Shown here piece by piece: positions 63,057 through 64,000 of a DNA stretch of 64,000 nucleotides. The stretch spans positions 310,001-374,000 of the forward strand of contig DF236957.1 of the NCBI GenBank assembly GCA_000708835.1, in the 5' to 3' direction. How positions within the stretch are numbered: position 1 is the first letter of the stretch; every line of letters begins with the position of its first letter. The translations under genes and the position numbers were made by a program. This DNA is from Klebsormidium nitens (Eukaryota > Plantae > Klebsormidiophyceae). The notes under the pieces are model-generated. The model saw only the letters and a program-made list of their open reading frames with translations. It was not told where the DNA came from and made no database searches.

Positions 63057-64000
63057 ATGGCATCTGAAGCGCCGCTGTAAGTATTCAATGCGTTCCTCCT
63101 TGTTTCATGCTGACCTGTCCACACTGCCAACCCAGGTTATTCTGGCACAAACACTCCCTCCGCCACAAGATTCTATTTGAGCTTCAAACCAAACCTTCTG
63201 AATCATGAGCTATGGAAGAGATGTACGTTTGTGCACTCTCTTGAAGTTCCCTTGTAGTCCATGTATGTGGCTGCCAATTACTGAGTCCTTGAACATTCCC
63301 CTGTACCTTGCAGCAACGCCCTAGCAGTATCCTTGTAAGTCAAGCTCCTGCCACCATTGTCCCCTCTCAATATATACACAGCGTGTCCTTCAGTCCTCCT
63401 TCTCGCATGCTCCTCATAACCCCCACTTTTTCAACTAGACATACTAGAATGGGGCGTGAAGATATATCTTTGTTCTCACTCTTTCTAAGGCCCCTGACCA
63501 CGGTCCTAGGGCCGGGCTCCTTAATCGCCAAACCCTCCGTCCGGTTGAATCAATCCGTACCTAGTTCCTCACTGTGACTGGACTCTTGTACACCCTTGGC
63601 AGGCTGGCCATTGAACTGCCAACCTCCATTTCACTCTCTCCGAATCTGCTTCAATTTTGATTGGGTAATTTTACCCCTTTCTGTTACAGGCCACCGACGG
63701 CTGTCCTAGGGCTGGGTCACTTGGGCGCCAAAGTTGCCGAGCGCCTCGTCAATGAGAAGTTTCCGGTGGCGGTATGGAACAGGAGCACAGAGAAAGCGAA
63801 GTACCTGGGGGAGATGGGGGCAAAGGTGGGCAGCCGACTGGAGTGAAGCTTCTCGAGTTTCGTACGTTTCACAAACATTCTGTAGGTTCTCGGATATTGT
63901 GAACATTCGGACCGCTTCTTCGTTCTGAGCGCCAGAGACTCGGTCTCTTTCTGGCAGTATAACTTTCTTATCTGTCGCATGGGAAATATCGTAACAAGTG
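63057..64000 (+). CDS. Beta-hydroxyacid dehydrogenase family (3-hydroxyisobutyrate DH / glyoxylate reductase / 6PGDH NAD-binding domain), 5' part only
   Basis: Exons 63057-63076 and 63690-63825 join in phase: MASEAPLPPTAVLGLGHLGAKVAERLVNEKFPVAVWNRSTEKAKYLGEMGAK, a Rossmann GLGxxG...WNRS motif. The gene continues beyond the window. Confidence 0.85.
63480..63555 (+). repeat. Decayed copy of the dehydrogenase exon-2 acceptor plus start, 200 nt upstream
   Basis: CTAAG|GCCCCTGACCACGGTCCTAGGGCCGGGCTCCTTAATCGCCAAA (PLTTVLGPGSLIAK) versus ACAG|GCCACCGACGGCTGTCCTAGGGCTGGGTCACTTGGGCGCCAAA (PPTAVLGLGHLGAK). Confidence 0.8.

Overview
Eukaryotic, intron-rich nuclear DNA with GC3-rich exons and plant-type genes; most consistent with a streptophyte green alga such as Klebsormidium (inference from gene content and style). 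Gene models assembled by hand from GT/GC-AG sites with phase checks: an EamA/DMT transporter (+, 9 exons), a full-size ABCB/P-glycoprotein transporter (-, 19 exons, ~1356 aa), a 4x zinc-ribbon repeat gene split by one in-frame TAA, a dienelactone-hydrolase-family gene (-), ERG28 (-), a degenerate HAD-like protein (+), two tandem F-box/LRR copies with complementary disabling lesions, a GH63 mannosylglycerate/glucosylglycerate-hydrolase-like gene with a ~150-aa N-terminal extension (-, 9 exons), and the start of a beta-hydroxyacid dehydrogenase (+). Region 22-34 kb is largely decayed frames and transposon-like relics. The most striking unexplained structure: introns of at least five genes contain about 20 decayed tandem 'echo' copies of the adjacent exon-intron junction (splice site plus 30-100 nt of exon). 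Most are spaced about 130-165 nt apart, some about 200-210 or 325-345 nt. All alignments and counts are by eye; no database searches were run.
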